A DNA stretch of 64,000 nt, taken from Candidatus Gottesmanbacteria bacterium. GTDB taxonomy: Bacteria > Patescibacteriota > Microgenomatia > UBA10105 > UBA927. Of the stretch, positions 49,372-59,063 are shown piece by piece. How positions within the stretch are numbered: the first letter of the stretch is position 1; each line of letters opens with the position of its first letter. The stretch is from assembly GCA_030679255.1 (NCBI GenBank), contig JAUXTO010000013.1, forward strand, positions 84,383-148,382, written 5' to 3'. The position numbers and the translations under genes are program-made. The notes beneath the pieces were generated by a model. It did no database searches. It saw only the letters and a list, made by a program, of their open reading frames with translations, and was not told the DNA's origin.

Positions 49372-50268
49372 TTAAAATTTCAAATAGCGGCCTACTGCGA
49401 CCATGCTTCCGATGCTTCCCAGAAGAAATCCGGTCAAGGCAAGTCCCCCGAAATATGCAAATGCAGCGAGCAAAAAAGCAATCGATGTAGGAGCTCCAAT
49501 CACGGTGCCGATTGCAGGAATAACACCTAAAAACGTAAGAAGAAACGGATAAAGCCAGAGCGTGAGTACTGCGATGATGAGTCCCGCAATCCCCGCGCCA
49601 AAAAGTCCATAGAGACCTCCTTCTAAAAGAAATGGCATCCTGATATGCCATGGGGAGGCGCCTACCAAATTAAGCACTTCCACTTCCTGTTTCCTAAGCG
49701 CAATTTTCATGCCAATGATCGTCATGACGATGAGAATAGAATCCACCGCCAAGAGCCCCGCAAGTGATCCACCGACCCATCGGATGGCATTGGTCCAGGA
49801 TATGAGCGTCTCAACGACATCACGCTGATAGACAACTTCTTCAACGCCTTCTGACTTTTTAATAACTTCTTCGAGATCTGATAAAAAATTCGGCTCGGTT
49901 GCCGACACTTCAAGCGAAGCCGGAAGGATATCGGCCGTCACCATCTCAAGGAGCAGCGGATCACTTTTATTTTGCTGGCGGTAGAGGGCGAGCGCATCAT
50001 CTTTTGTTATGTATTTGATGCTCACGGTTTTACCGGTCGCGGTGAGGTCGTTTTCTAGTGTATGGATGACATCCTCTCCCGTCTTATCCTGAAAATAAAC
50101 GGTGATCTGAGGTTTTCCCTCAAAATATTTCAAAACAAAATATGATGCAGTGCTCGCCAAGAAAAAAAGTCCCACCAGAAGCAGAGTCAAAAACATCGTG
50201 AGTATCGCCGCCATAGCCTGATACGGCGAGCGGCGCATGTGTTTGTATGCGGTCGTTAGGGCAATCAT
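49372..50268 (-). CDS. ftsX: cell division ABC transporter permease FtsX
   Basis: 298 aa with 4 transmembrane segments and a large first periplasmic loop. The start overlaps the ftsE stop. Confidence 0.75.
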   Translation of the reverse strand: MIALTTAYKHMRRSPYQAMAAILTMFLTLLLVGLFFLASTASYFVLKYFEGKPQITVYFQDKTGEDVIHTLENDLTATGKTVSIKYITKDDALALYRQQNKSDPLLLEMVTADILPASLEVSATEPNFLSDLEEVIKKSEGVEEVVYQRDVVETLISWTNAIRWVGGSLAGLLAVDSILIVMTIIGMKIALRKQEVEVLNLVGASPWHIRMPFLLEGGLYGLFGAGIAGLIIAVLTLWLYPFLLTFLGVIPAIGTVIGAPTSIAFLLAAFAYFGGLALTGFLLGSIGSMVAVGRYLKF

Positions 50269-50972
50269 GATTTAGTGATCCTCCGGGCTTTTTTATGAAT
50301 ATGATACCTTCCGCGGGCTTCATCGCTGACTATCCCTCCGTGTTCTAGAGTAATCGTTCGTTTTTTCAATTCATTGACGATACTCGCGTTGTGCGTGGCC
50401 ATGACGATCGTCGTACCGATATCGTTAATTTCCTGAAGGATATCGAGAATTTCCCAAGAAGTTTCCGGATCCAGATTACCCGTCGGTTCATCGGCCAAAA
50501 GAACTTTTGGACCACCAACAATGGTACGCGCAATACTCGTCCGCTGCATCTCTCCCGCGGATAATTGTTGAGGAAACAGAAATTTCTTCTTGGAAAGGCC
50601 AACAATATCGAGCACTTTATTGACATCACGGGCTATCTCATGCTCTTCTTTCCCTAATATCTCGAGCGCCAGCGCGACATTTTCATACACCGTCCGGTCC
50701 GTAAGAAGTTTAAAATCCTGAAACACCACACCGACGCGCCTTCGTAGGAGATGAATCGAGGCGTGGGGAAGATCGTTGATCTTCCAATCATCCAGATGGA
50801 TATCTCCAGAAGTCGGGGTCATCTCTCGGGTAAGAAGCTTAAGAAATGTTGTTTTTCCGGCACCCGAAGGACCAATAAGAAAAACAAATTCTCCGTCTTG
50901 AATCGTCACGGAGACATCAGAGAGCGCGTGGGTTTCCCCATAAAGCTTGGTAACGTGGGCAAATGAAATCAT
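50265..50972 (-). CDS. ftsE: cell division ATP-binding protein FtsE
   Basis: GPSGAGKTTFLKLL Walker A, LSAGEMQRTSIAR signature, [11 protein letters not shown] Walker B. Confidence 0.8.
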   Translation of the reverse strand: MISFAHVTKLYGETHALSDVSVTIQDGEFVFLIGPSGAGKTTFLKLLTREMTPTSGDIHLDDWKINDLPHASIHLLRRRVGVVFQDFKLLTDRTVYENVALALEILGKEEHEIARDVNKVLDIVGLSKKKFLFPQQLSAGEMQRTSIARTIVGGPKVLLADEPTGNLDPETSWEILDILQEINDIGTTIVMATHNASIVNELKKRTITLEHGGIVSDEARGRYHIHKKARRITKS

Positions 50973-51427
50973 TCCAAAATTTCAACTTTTCCTACATCCA
51001 TGAGCCATGAAGCCTTTTTTGCGGCGAACGTTTCTCCCCAAACTTTTACTTTTTTTCCTACATACGTATCCAAATCAATGACCGATGAGACGAGATATGC
51101 TGTCTGCGATGGTCCTCCGTCCCGAATAAGCTTATGCGTTCCCTCTCCATTGATCCCACCTTTTTCCATCAGGCCTTCTGCTGAATCTTTAAAATTCTTC
51201 GTGTCGCTCACGCCTTCAACTTTATCCGTCTTCACCATGTTGGAGGATTCGTTTGGCTGTGTGTTCGTTATTTTTGTATTTCTGGTCATGAGATATCCTG
51301 TGCCCAATCCCAACGCAATGAGCAATACATACACGACCATTGCGGTCATACGCATCGTTTTCTTATCCGAAGGAGGAGATGCAGGATTGGTAGGTTGTGG
51401 TACATGAGATTTAGGAGTAATGATCAT
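50969..51427 (-). CDS. hypothetical membrane-anchored protein
   Basis: 152 aa. One transmembrane segment (MTAMVVYVLLIALGLGTGYLM), then a hydrophilic domain. Confidence 0.3.
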   Translation of the reverse strand: MIITPKSHVPQPTNPASPPSDKKTMRMTAMVVYVLLIALGLGTGYLMTRNTKITNTQPNESSNMVKTDKVEGVSDTKNFKDSAEGLMEKGGINGEGTHKLIRDGGPSQTAYLVSSVIDLDTYVGKKVKVWGETFAAKKASWLMDVGKVEILE

Positions 51428-51446
51428 ATAGAGATAGTATTACTGT

Positions 51447-52457
51447 TTAGGAAAATCTTTTCAAGTAGGAAGTAATAAATGCATCGAGATCTCCATCGAG
51501 GACACTCTCCGTGTGGCTCGTTTCGTATTGTGTGCGCAGGTCTTTGACCATATGATATGGATGAAGTACGTACGACCGGATTTGATTACCCCAACCGGGT
51601 GTTTTATATGCACCTTTCATTTTTACCTCCTCTTGCCGCTGCTCTTCTTCCTGAGCCGCCCAAAGTTTCGCCCGGAGCACTTTGAGCGCATACTCACGAT
51701 TTTGCCCTTGATACCGCTGCGTTTGACAAGTAACGATTATACCTGTGGGCGTATGCGTCAATCGAACTGCTGTGGAGACCTTATTGACGTTCTGTCCGCC
51801 CTTCCCACCGGAACGGAAAAAATCCCACACCAGATCATCTTCTTTAATGACCGGACCCACGGCATCCTCCACAACCGGCAATACTTCTGCCATCGCAAAC
51901 GATGTTTGCCGCAAATTATCGGCATTAAAAGGAGATTGGCGGACAAGCCGGTGAACTCCTGCTTCAGCCTTCATATGTCCATACGCATATGCCCCAGTCA
52001 CATGAAAGGTAATGCTTTTAATTCCTGCTTCCTCTCCCATGGTGCAGTCGAGTATTTCAAATTCCCATCCTTTCCGCTCAAAATACCGTTGGTACATCCG
52101 TGAAAGCATGGCGTTCCAATCCATGGCCTCGGTCCCTCCTTGACCGGAGTGCAGCGCGACAATTGCGTCTCCCCGATCATAGACCCCAGAGAGATACACC
52201 GCATATTCCATACGGTCCACTTCACGGGAGAGCTCTCCCTCGTCCCCGCTCCCGATCATAAGCTCGAGCATCTCCCCTTCTTCCAATTCTTTTTGGAGTA
52301 CGGATAGGAGTTTCATCTTTTTTGCAGCCGTCTGAGGGTCTTGCCAGAAGTCCTGCTTCATCGTCTCAGCCTCAAGCTCACGAATATCTTTTCGTTTATC
52401 TTCAAGCTCTAGTTTATTGAGAATATCTCGTGCACGTGTAAGCAGTGCTTCATCCAT
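51447..52457 (-). CDS. prfB: peptide chain release factor 2
   Basis: SPF tripeptide (VRQSPFNADN) and GGQ motif (RSGGKGGQNVNKVST). The reading frame is uninterrupted, so there is no programmed +1 frameshift site. The start is taken at MDEALLTRARDIL. Confidence 0.8.
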   Translation of the reverse strand: MDEALLTRARDILNKLELEDKRKDIRELEAETMKQDFWQDPQTAAKKMKLLSVLQKELEEGEMLELMIGSGDEGELSREVDRMEYAVYLSGVYDRGDAIVALHSGQGGTEAMDWNAMLSRMYQRYFERKGWEFEILDCTMGEEAGIKSITFHVTGAYAYGHMKAEAGVHRLVRQSPFNADNLRQTSFAMAEVLPVVEDAVGPVIKEDDLVWDFFRSGGKGGQNVNKVSTAVRLTHTPTGIIVTCQTQRYQGQNREYALKVLRAKLWAAQEEEQRQEEVKMKGAYKTPGWGNQIRSYVLHPYHMVKDLRTQYETSHTESVLDGDLDAFITSYLKRFS

Positions 52458-52470
52458 GGGACGTATTGTA

Positions 52471-53706
52471 TCATGAGGCAAAAAATTGCCAGAAGATACC
52501 GGCTGATCCAAGTGTTAACACGATGACGGTCACCCACCCAAATACATTATCAAACCAACGGTTTACCATAGATCCCATGATCTTTCTATCGTTACACATA
52601 AAAAGAATAAGCGAAACAAGGAGCGGACCAAGCATACCGCCTAATACCTGCGAATAGAGAAGTGCTTTCATGGGAGCCACCCCGCTTACCGCGATACCGA
52701 CTCCCACGACCATTGCCGCGGTAATAACCATATAAAATCCTTTTGCTTTATTTGGCCGATCCGAGAGGCTTTCTCTCCAACCAAATATCTCTGCCACAGC
52801 GTACGCAGTCGATACAGCGAGTACCGGTATAGCCAGAAGCCCGGCCCCAATGATACCGACAGAAAAAAGAAGGGTTGCCCCGGATCCTGCGAGAGGCTCG
52901 AGCGCCCGCGCGGCATCGGCAGCAGTAATAAACGCAAGACCATTTTTGCCCGCAAGTGCTTGAGCGGAAGCAATCATAATAAAAAATGAAATAATATTGC
53001 TGTATATAAAACCCGGAGCTATAAGACGATCCTCATGTCGGGCCGTTTCTATCATTTCTTTCTTTGAATTATTTTCTTCAGCTCCCTGCTTGGATTGCCA
53101 AAAGAATAAAAACGGCGTAATAGTGGTTCCCAAAAGTCCGACACCCGCCAAGAGATACCCCATAGAAAATTCTATATGCGGCGAAATAATTGCCTTCAAC
53201 ACGTGGGTCCAAACAGGACGGGATAGAAATCCCGATACAACATATGCCAAATAGACGAACGATAAAAACAAAAGATATCGCTCAATGAGACGAAAACTTT
53301 TAAATACGACGATCGCCCATATGAGGAGAGCTGTCGGGACCACCCACCAGACGTATGATGTCCTGGTTAACATCCCTAAGACCTCAGATACTCCCGCAAG
53401 ATCTGCCCCAAGCGTCGTCATGTTGGCAATAATCAGTGTCCCCGCCACAACATACGCGACAGCCGGCGAATAATGTTCTCTGATAATGAGCATGAGTCCT
53501 TTTCTTTTCACATCCCCAAGCCTCGCGCACATAGCTTGAACCGCGATCAGCATCGGAGTCGAAAGCACAAGAAGCCATAACTGATGGTATCCAAATTGTG
53601 CTCCGGAGATAGAGTAGGTTGCAATTCCAGCGGGATCGTTATCCGCTCCTCCGGCGATGATGCTCGGAATCCAACGTTTCAGCGTTTTGCGCAATCGGTT
53701 TACCAT
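52471..53706 (-). CDS. NRAMP-superfamily transporter with NRMT-like (Mg2+-type) binding-site substitutions
   Basis: GADNDPAGIATYSISGAQFGYHQLWLLVL aligns to the NRAMP TM1 motif DPGNIxTxxQAGAxFGYxLLW. DPGN is DPAG here, so the Asn is lost. The TM6 MPH motif is TPF (TTITPFLFF). Confidence 0.55.
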   Translation of the reverse strand: MVNRLRKTLKRWIPSIIAGGADNDPAGIATYSISGAQFGYHQLWLLVLSTPMLIAVQAMCARLGDVKRKGLMLIIREHYSPAVAYVVAGTLIIANMTTLGADLAGVSEVLGMLTRTSYVWWVVPTALLIWAIVVFKSFRLIERYLLFLSFVYLAYVVSGFLSRPVWTHVLKAIISPHIEFSMGYLLAGVGLLGTTITPFLFFWQSKQGAEENNSKKEMIETARHEDRLIAPGFIYSNIISFFIMIASAQALAGKNGLAFITAADAARALEPLAGSGATLLFSVGIIGAGLLAIPVLAVSTAYAVAEIFGWRESLSDRPNKAKGFYMVITAAMVVGVGIAVSGVAPMKALLYSQVLGGMLGPLLVSLILFMCNDRKIMGSMVNRWFDNVFGWVTVIVLTLGSAGIFWQFFAS

Positions 53707-53719
53707 AAGCAGATACGTT

Positions 53720-54094
53720 TTACTCTTTTGGTTTGCATATCATTTCCACGACCCGGTTTTGTTGGGGAATAGGAAGCTGATTGTATTGCTTGACGACTTG
53801 AGAGGCTACCTGATCAGAAACGATTTGAGCCACTTTCTGCTCAACCGATGACGTCACGATGCCTGCGACGGAGGAAACCGTATCGGAAAAATTCAAAATG
53901 TTCCCACCATCGCCCGTTACACCGAGTAATTTAGCGGTATTTTGTCCAACTTCCGTACCTAAAACCGCACCCCGTACTTGATTGAGTACAAGCGGTTCAG
54001 TCCTGTCGGTAAACTTCGGCCAAAGCAGGCTCGCTATGGCCACCACGGCCGCACTCCCCGCAGCCACAACAATATATTTAATAATCTGTTGCAT
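53720..54094 (-). CDS. hypothetical membrane-anchored protein
   Basis: 124 aa with one N-terminal transmembrane segment. Confidence 0.3.
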   Translation of the reverse strand: MQQIIKYIVVAAGSAAVVAIASLLWPKFTDRTEPLVLNQVRGAVLGTEVGQNTAKLLGVTGDGGNILNFSDTVSSVAGIVTSSVEQKVAQIVSDQVASQVVKQYNQLPIPQQNRVVEMICKPKE

Positions 54095-54151
54095 CCATTA
54101 CAGTATAACCCGTTGAGAAAGTTTCTACATCCGTGATATAACAAGCTTCAT

Positions 54152-54640
54152 ATGAAAATCATCGGAATCGATCCGGGCACAGCCCGTGTAGGATGGGCGC
54201 TCATCGATGTGATGGGGTCCACCATCCGACCGCTCTCATACGGTTGTATCACGACGCCCGCCGGACAAACGCCGGAAACCCGGCTTCTAACCATTCACCG
54301 GGAAATTACCAAAATCCTCACCAAGGATAAACCATCCTCCTTGGCCATTGAAGATTTATTTTTTGCGTCCAATGCGAAAACGGTTATACCGGTCGGTCAA
54401 GCACGGGGTGTCATTCTCTTGGCGGCAGCAGAGCAGAATATTCCCGTAGCCTCCTATTCACCCAGAGCAGTCAAAAGTACGATCGCCGGCGACGGGAGAG
54501 CCGATAAAACACAAGTATTATCCATGGTCATGCGCATCCTCCACCTTGACACACCACCAAAACCGGATGATACTGCCGATGCCATAGCCATTGCCTTAAC
54601 ACACGCATACTCGTATAAACTCAAAGGAAAAATCACATGA
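54152..54640 (+). CDS. ruvC: crossover junction endodeoxyribonuclease RuvC
   Basis: MKIIGIDPGTARVGWAL...AIEDLFF...DTADAIAIALTHA catalytic acidic residues. Confidence 0.8.
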   Translation: MKIIGIDPGTARVGWALIDVMGSTIRPLSYGCITTPAGQTPETRLLTIHREITKILTKDKPSSLAIEDLFFASNAKTVIPVGQARGVILLAAAEQNIPVASYSPRAVKSTIAGDGRADKTQVLSMVMRILHLDTPPKPDDTADAIAIALTHAYSYKLKGKIT

Positions 54641-55209
54641 TCGGAGCTCTAAACGGCATTGCCCACACGCCAATAATAAATCCACTCCTCGTCATGGTGG
54701 GGGGGGTAGGCTACCGCGTGGCAGTCCCCGAACATATATTGAACGACATCCACGCCGATAAACCTCTATTTCTCTACACGCATACGCATGTACGGGAAGA
54801 TGCACTGGATCTCTATGGATTTGTGAGTCCCGAAGAACTATCCCTTTTTACCCTCCTTATCTCGGTTTCCGGTATCGGACCAAAAACGTCGCTCACGATC
54901 GTAGACCGCGGAGCCTCGGCCGTGCGACTGGCTATTACGACGGCGGATGTATCTTTTTTTACCTCTATACCGAGACTCGGGACAAAAAACGCACAAAAAA
55001 TCATCATTGAGCTCAAAACGAAACTCGGGAGCATCGAAGAACTCGATCTATCCCAAGAACATGGAGAGACGAAAGAAGTTTTGGAAGCGCTTGAATCCAT
55101 GGGCTTTGCCAAAAAAGAAGCATATGCGGCCCTCAAACAACTGACAGCCGGTGATCTTCCGGTCGAAGAACGGTTACGGCAAGCACTGAAATTATTAAGC
55201 AAAAAATAA
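54637..55209 (+). CDS. ruvA: Holliday junction DNA helicase RuvA
   Basis: GVGYRVAVPEHIL...LISVSGIGPKTSLTIV helix-hairpin-helix motifs. The start overlaps the ruvC stop. Confidence 0.8.
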   Translation: MIGALNGIAHTPIINPLLVMVGGVGYRVAVPEHILNDIHADKPLFLYTHTHVREDALDLYGFVSPEELSLFTLLISVSGIGPKTSLTIVDRGASAVRLAITTADVSFFTSIPRLGTKNAQKIIIELKTKLGSIEELDLSQEHGETKEVLEALESMGFAKKEAYAALKQLTAGDLPVEERLRQALKLLSKK

Positions 55210-55215
55210 CCCTGC

Positions 55216-56256
55216 ATGAAACACACCAAAAAAAATCTCGTCGAAGACGCGGTGACCGCTAGTCCCACTCCCGAGGAGGAAAAACTTTTGACGTCGCTGC
55301 GGGCTGCATCCTGGGATGAATTTCATGGGCAAAAAAAGCTCAAGGAAACGCTCCGGATCTCAATCACCGCTGCCAAAAAACGCAAAGAGCCATTGGAGCA
55401 TATACTCCTCTACGGCCCTCCGGGACTCGGTAAAACGACGATGGCACATCTCATCGGCCGTGAACTTGGGGTAAACGTGCGGGTCACGAGCGGTCCCGCT
55501 ATAGAGCGGGCAGGAGATCTGGCATCAATCCTCACGAACCTTGAGCCGCATGACATTCTGTTTATCGATGAAATACACCGATTAAATAAAGTGGTAGAGG
55601 AAACCATCTATCCCGCCATGGAAGATTTTGCCCTCGATATCATCATAGGGAAAGGTCCGTCCGCGCGTACGCTTCGTCTCGATCTTCCTCCGTTTACGAT
55701 CGTGGGGGCCACTACACGCATCGGACTTCTTTCTAATCCCCTCCGCGACCGGTTTGGGGTCGTTTCACGCCTCGCATTCTATGAACCGGAAGAGCTCAAA
55801 TACATCCTGCAGCAAGCGGCGATCAAACTCAAAACAAAAATCCATCCGTCTGCATTAACGGAACTTTCCCGGCGGGGTCGTGGAACGCCCCGGGTTGCTC
55901 TCCGGCTCCTCAAGCGGGTCAGGGATGTGGCCCAGGTAGAGGGCATCGGCGACATAACGGAGGCAATTCTTGCCCGGTCACTTTCTATCCTCGAAGTGGA
56001 TTCGATGGGGCTCGATAGCTCTGACCGGAGGCTTCTTTCGACCATCATCGATAAATTTGCCGGTGGACCGGTAGGAATCGAGACCATCGCGTCCGCTCTA
56101 TCAGAAGACATCGGCACGGTCGAAGAAGTGCTCGAACCATATATCATGCAGATTGGGTTTCTCAAGCGCACTCCACGCGGGAGAGTCGTCACTGCGTCAG
56201 GATTTGCGCACTTGGGCAAGGCAATCCCCAAACGTCTGCAGGAAGAATTATTTTAA
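55216..56256 (+). CDS. ruvB: Holliday junction DNA helicase RuvB
   Basis: [18 protein letters not shown] Walker [11 protein letters not shown] Walker B, C-terminal winged helix. Confidence 0.9.
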   Translation: MKHTKKNLVEDAVTASPTPEEEKLLTSLRAASWDEFHGQKKLKETLRISITAAKKRKEPLEHILLYGPPGLGKTTMAHLIGRELGVNVRVTSGPAIERAGDLASILTNLEPHDILFIDEIHRLNKVVEETIYPAMEDFALDIIIGKGPSARTLRLDLPPFTIVGATTRIGLLSNPLRDRFGVVSRLAFYEPEELKYILQQAAIKLKTKIHPSALTELSRRGRGTPRVALRLLKRVRDVAQVEGIGDITEAILARSLSILEVDSMGLDSSDRRLLSTIIDKFAGGPVGIETIASALSEDIGTVEEVLEPYIMQIGFLKRTPRGRVVTASGFAHLGKAIPKRLQEELF

Positions 56257-57102
56257 CATCTCATCAATTGCCGCTTTCATTGTCTCAAAAGGTACTGCGC
56301 CGGGTATAAGGTTTGTTTTGCCGGTTTTGGTATCAAGAAGTATATTACCCGGCGTTCCGGTCACCCCCGCTTTAGAACCACCGTTCATATCATCTTTGAC
56401 ATGGGAAGCATACCGTCCGCTATCCAAACAACCTTTAAACTTTGCTTCGTTCAGTCCGATTTCCACAGCAATTGGCACGAGTTTATCGAGCGCAAATCCC
56501 GTACCGTTTGACGTTGTACGGTCATACACCGCATCAAGATATTTCCAAAACGCATCATTCCCGCCTAATTCATTGGCGCACTCAGAAGCTTCCGCTTCTT
56601 TTTGCGCGTTAGCATGGAATGCGAGCGGATAATGCCGGTATACCCACATCACTTTTCCTTTATACGCATCAACCACTTGTTGAGCAGTCGGATGAAATCG
56701 TTTACAAAACGGACATTCTATATCGGAATATTCAACGAGGGCAATACGCGCATTACGGTCACCCCGAACATGATCATCCTTGGTGACTTTTGGTACATCT
56801 TTGGCATCCTGCGTTGGTGGCAATACTGCTTGTCCTCCAGCTCCTGCAGTAGTTGGTTGACCAGCAACAATCGGACTGACGGCTGATACCCCTCCACGTT
56901 CAAGAATCTGCACTTTCGTCCAAAGTGAACCCAACAGGAATGAACACACGATAAGAAGAATAATGACTACCGCCTGAATGACGCCGCCAATCTGTTGTAT
57001 GACTATTGTGGGTTGTTCTAAATGCGCCTCGTGACGTTTGGAAAGCTTCTCCATAGTCTGGTCATTGTAATGGAGAAGAAACTCCGAACACAAGAGGGTC
57101 AA
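56248..57102 (-). CDS. DsbA-like thiol:disulfide oxidoreductase, membrane anchored
   Basis: N-terminal transmembrane segment, then a thioredoxin fold with the CPFC active site ([11 protein letters not shown]). The likely start is the internal MEKLSKR. The 3' end overlaps convergent ruvB by 9 nt. Confidence 0.6.
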   Translation of the reverse strand: MTLLCSEFLLHYNDQTMEKLSKRHEAHLEQPTIVIQQIGGVIQAVVIILLIVCSFLLGSLWTKVQILERGGVSAVSPIVAGQPTTAGAGGQAVLPPTQDAKDVPKVTKDDHVRGDRNARIALVEYSDIECPFCKRFHPTAQQVVDAYKGKVMWVYRHYPLAFHANAQKEAEASECANELGGNDAFWKYLDAVYDRTTSNGTGFALDKLVPIAVEIGLNEAKFKGCLDSGRYASHVKDDMNGGSKAGVTGTPGNILLDTKTGKTNLIPGAVPFETMKAAIDEMLK

Positions 57103-57488
57103 ACAGCATCAATGACAATTGTTTTTCCTGCTTCATCTCTTGAAATACCAATGGCGATATAATTAATTTCTTGATCAGTTAGATTTTTCATCACATGAAT
57201 CGTGTTTTCCGGAATTACCACAATATCCCCTTTTCCCAGTGTCGATTTTTTCCCTCCGACAGTTATCTCCACTTCTCCATTCAATATAATAAACACTTCC
57301 TCCATAGCCTCATGATAATGCCTTCTGAATGACTTATTGGGCAAAAGAGTCGACCAGTTGATCATCTGAATCCTGCCCGGAGCTAAATCATCACGCCTGA
57401 ATAGTACCTGCTTCAATACCCCCGGATTCTTTAAATCCTCATGGGAGGCAGGCGCCTTTGGTATAGTACTACTTCGTACAATCTTCAT
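57099..57488 (-). CDS. cupin domain protein
   Basis: HYHEAMEEVFIILNGEVEITVGG...GDIVVIPENTIHV is a cupin_2 two-motif pattern. Confidence 0.5.
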   Translation of the reverse strand: MKIVRSSTIPKAPASHEDLKNPGVLKQVLFRRDDLAPGRIQMINWSTLLPNKSFRRHYHEAMEEVFIILNGEVEITVGGKKSTLGKGDIVVIPENTIHVMKNLTDQEINYIAIGISRDEAGKTIVIDAV

Positions 57489-57546
57489 ATAAAATAAATT
57501 GTATCACGATAAGAAATCATACTATTTTCCGTGCTATGATACAAAC

Positions 57547-57969
57547 ATGGACAAAACGATGAATGGTGTATTCCTGACCTCTATTTCTGCTGCATTATAT
57601 GCCATTATCACCCCGCTTCTCAAAAGGGCGGGATTAAATCCCTTTGCAACGATCATAGTACAAACCGGATTTTTATGGCTATCGATTCTCCCCTTTTTTC
57701 TTTTTACCGCAGCCTCAAAAAATCTATCTTTCGCCGGTGTCACGCTGCCGCTACTTGCTCTTGCGGGCATCATTAACGCCCTAGGATATTATCTTTCTAT
57801 CCGGTCGTATGCCTATCTTCCGATTTGGCAAATAAATCTCTTTTTCGCCGCAATCAGTCCGATTGCAGGAAGTATTGCTGCATACTTCCTGCTTCACGAA
57901 CCAATCTCGGCAAAAATGTTTGTGGGTCTTGGGATTGTATTAGTTGGGTTAACCGTTGCATTTCGTTAG
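57547..57969 (+). CDS. EamA-like (DMT superfamily) small membrane protein
   Basis: Four transmembrane segments in a single EamA-type half-transporter. The start is taken at MDKTMNGVF. Confidence 0.45.
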   Translation: MDKTMNGVFLTSISAALYAIITPLLKRAGLNPFATIIVQTGFLWLSILPFFLFTAASKNLSFAGVTLPLLALAGIINALGYYLSIRSYAYLPIWQINLFFAAISPIAGSIAAYFLLHEPISAKMFVGLGIVLVGLTVAFR

Positions 57970-58453
57970 TATCTCCATGATGAAAATACTTCCCCTCAAT
58001 GATACATTTCGACCATGGACAAATAATTTTCTTGACCGCGAATGGGGGCCACCCGGCATCGTGACGCGCGGCAAGCTCCACGAAACAGCTGAGCTTTCGG
58101 GATTCGTAGCGATCGAAAATAACGAGCCAATTGGTTTGATTACTTACTCTATCGAAAAGAACGAGTGCGAAATTGTTTCTCTTAAAAGTCTCAAAGAAAA
58201 ACGTGGTATCGGCTCAGCGCTTATTGAAGCGGTAGTACAAGCTTCCAAGACCCACGGGTGTCAACGTCTAGTCGTTATTACGACAAACGACAACACCAGC
58301 GCGCTCCATTTTTATCAAAAACGGGGATTTCATCTCCGTGCTGTTTATCCAAACGCGCTAGATATCTCACGAAAACTAAAACCATCAATACCCATAACCG
58401 GTATAGACGATATTCCGCTACGCGACGAAATCGAGTTAGAAATGCTTCTATAG
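57956..58453 (+). CDS. GNAT family N-acetyltransferase
   Basis: RGIGSALIEAVVQ...GCQRLVVITTNDNTSALHFYQKRGF are GNAT motif A/B. Confidence 0.65.
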   Translation: MHFVSISMMKILPLNDTFRPWTNNFLDREWGPPGIVTRGKLHETAELSGFVAIENNEPIGLITYSIEKNECEIVSLKSLKEKRGIGSALIEAVVQASKTHGCQRLVVITTNDNTSALHFYQKRGFHLRAVYPNALDISRKLKPSIPITGIDDIPLRDEIELEMLL

Positions 58454-58513
58454 TCTCTCTCAAGTCATCTGTACTAACCTACAATCACGGTATTGCCCTG
58501 CGCGTCCGAGGTC

Positions 58514-58765
58514 CTATCTCTGATAATGATCGTTTACATCGACAATTTCCGCTTCATCAGGCGTCACCAGGATAAATATAGCACGATATTTCCTATCGAT
58601 GCGAAATGAGTACAGTCGCAGCTTTTTCGGCTCGAGAATCTCCGTATTAAGTGAAGGATGACGAGGATTATCGGTAAAGAGAGTAAGTTGTTTAAAAAAT
58701 TTTTTTGTCAGATCCCGTTTCTTTATATAGCGGAGAAGATCATTCCGCAACGGTTTAACGTGCAT
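58514..58765 (-). CDS. type II toxin, RelE/ParE family
   Basis: LYSFRIDRKYRAIFILVTPDEAEIVDVNDHY is a RelE/ParE-type C-terminal pattern. It lies immediately downstream of, and overlaps, the RHH gene. Confidence 0.5.
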   Translation of the reverse strand: MHVKPLRNDLLRYIKKRDLTKKFFKQLTLFTDNPRHPSLNTEILEPKKLRLYSFRIDRKYRAIFILVTPDEAEIVDVNDHYQR

Positions 58766-59018
58766 ATGAAGAAGATTTTGAAAGGCCGGAAACGACACTG
58801 TCTATAAACTTCTCACCGTATTTTCCGGTCCTGGTCAAATCCGTTTTTATCTCTTTCAGAGGTTTTGGAATGAACGGTTCCAAAGAAAGCTCTCCGGTAA
58901 AATAACGACGCAAAAGGCTGCGCATGAACTCGGAGCGCGTACTAAACCCGAGTTTATGCGTGTGCAGGTCTACTTGTCGTGCGATCTGATCTGGTAGAGA
59001 AATCGTAAATGTTGACAT
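58755..59018 (-). CDS. type II antitoxin, ribbon-helix-helix (CopG/ParD-like)
   Basis: MSTFTISLPDQIARQVDLHTHKLGFSTRSEFMRSLLRRYF is an RHH signature (beta strand, then two helices). Confidence 0.5.
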   Translation of the reverse strand: MSTFTISLPDQIARQVDLHTHKLGFSTRSEFMRSLLRRYFTGELSLEPFIPKPLKEIKTDLTRTGKYGEKFIDSVVSGLSKSSSYAR

Positions 59019-59021
59019 ATA

Positions 59022-59060
59022 TGAAATATTAACAAAAATTAAGCAATTTTGTCAACTATA
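59022..59060 (-). promoter_or_regulatory. sigma70-like promoter upstream of the RHH/RelE-ParE toxin-antitoxin pair (leaderless configuration)
   Basis: On the minus strand: TTGACA (59050-59055), an 18-nt spacer, TAATAT (59026-59031), then only 7 nt to the ATG at 59018. Confidence 0.4.
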
Positions 59061-59063
59061 TGT

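Noticed and set aside
48229-50972. ftsE-ftsX-M23 peptidase cluster as something unusual
   Set aside because: This is the canonical FtsEX-EnvC arrangement. It is annotated as features but is not novel.
55779-56231. 150-aa antisense ORF within ruvB
   Set aside because: ruvB is unambiguous, and the antisense ORF is Arg/Ser-rich frame noise.
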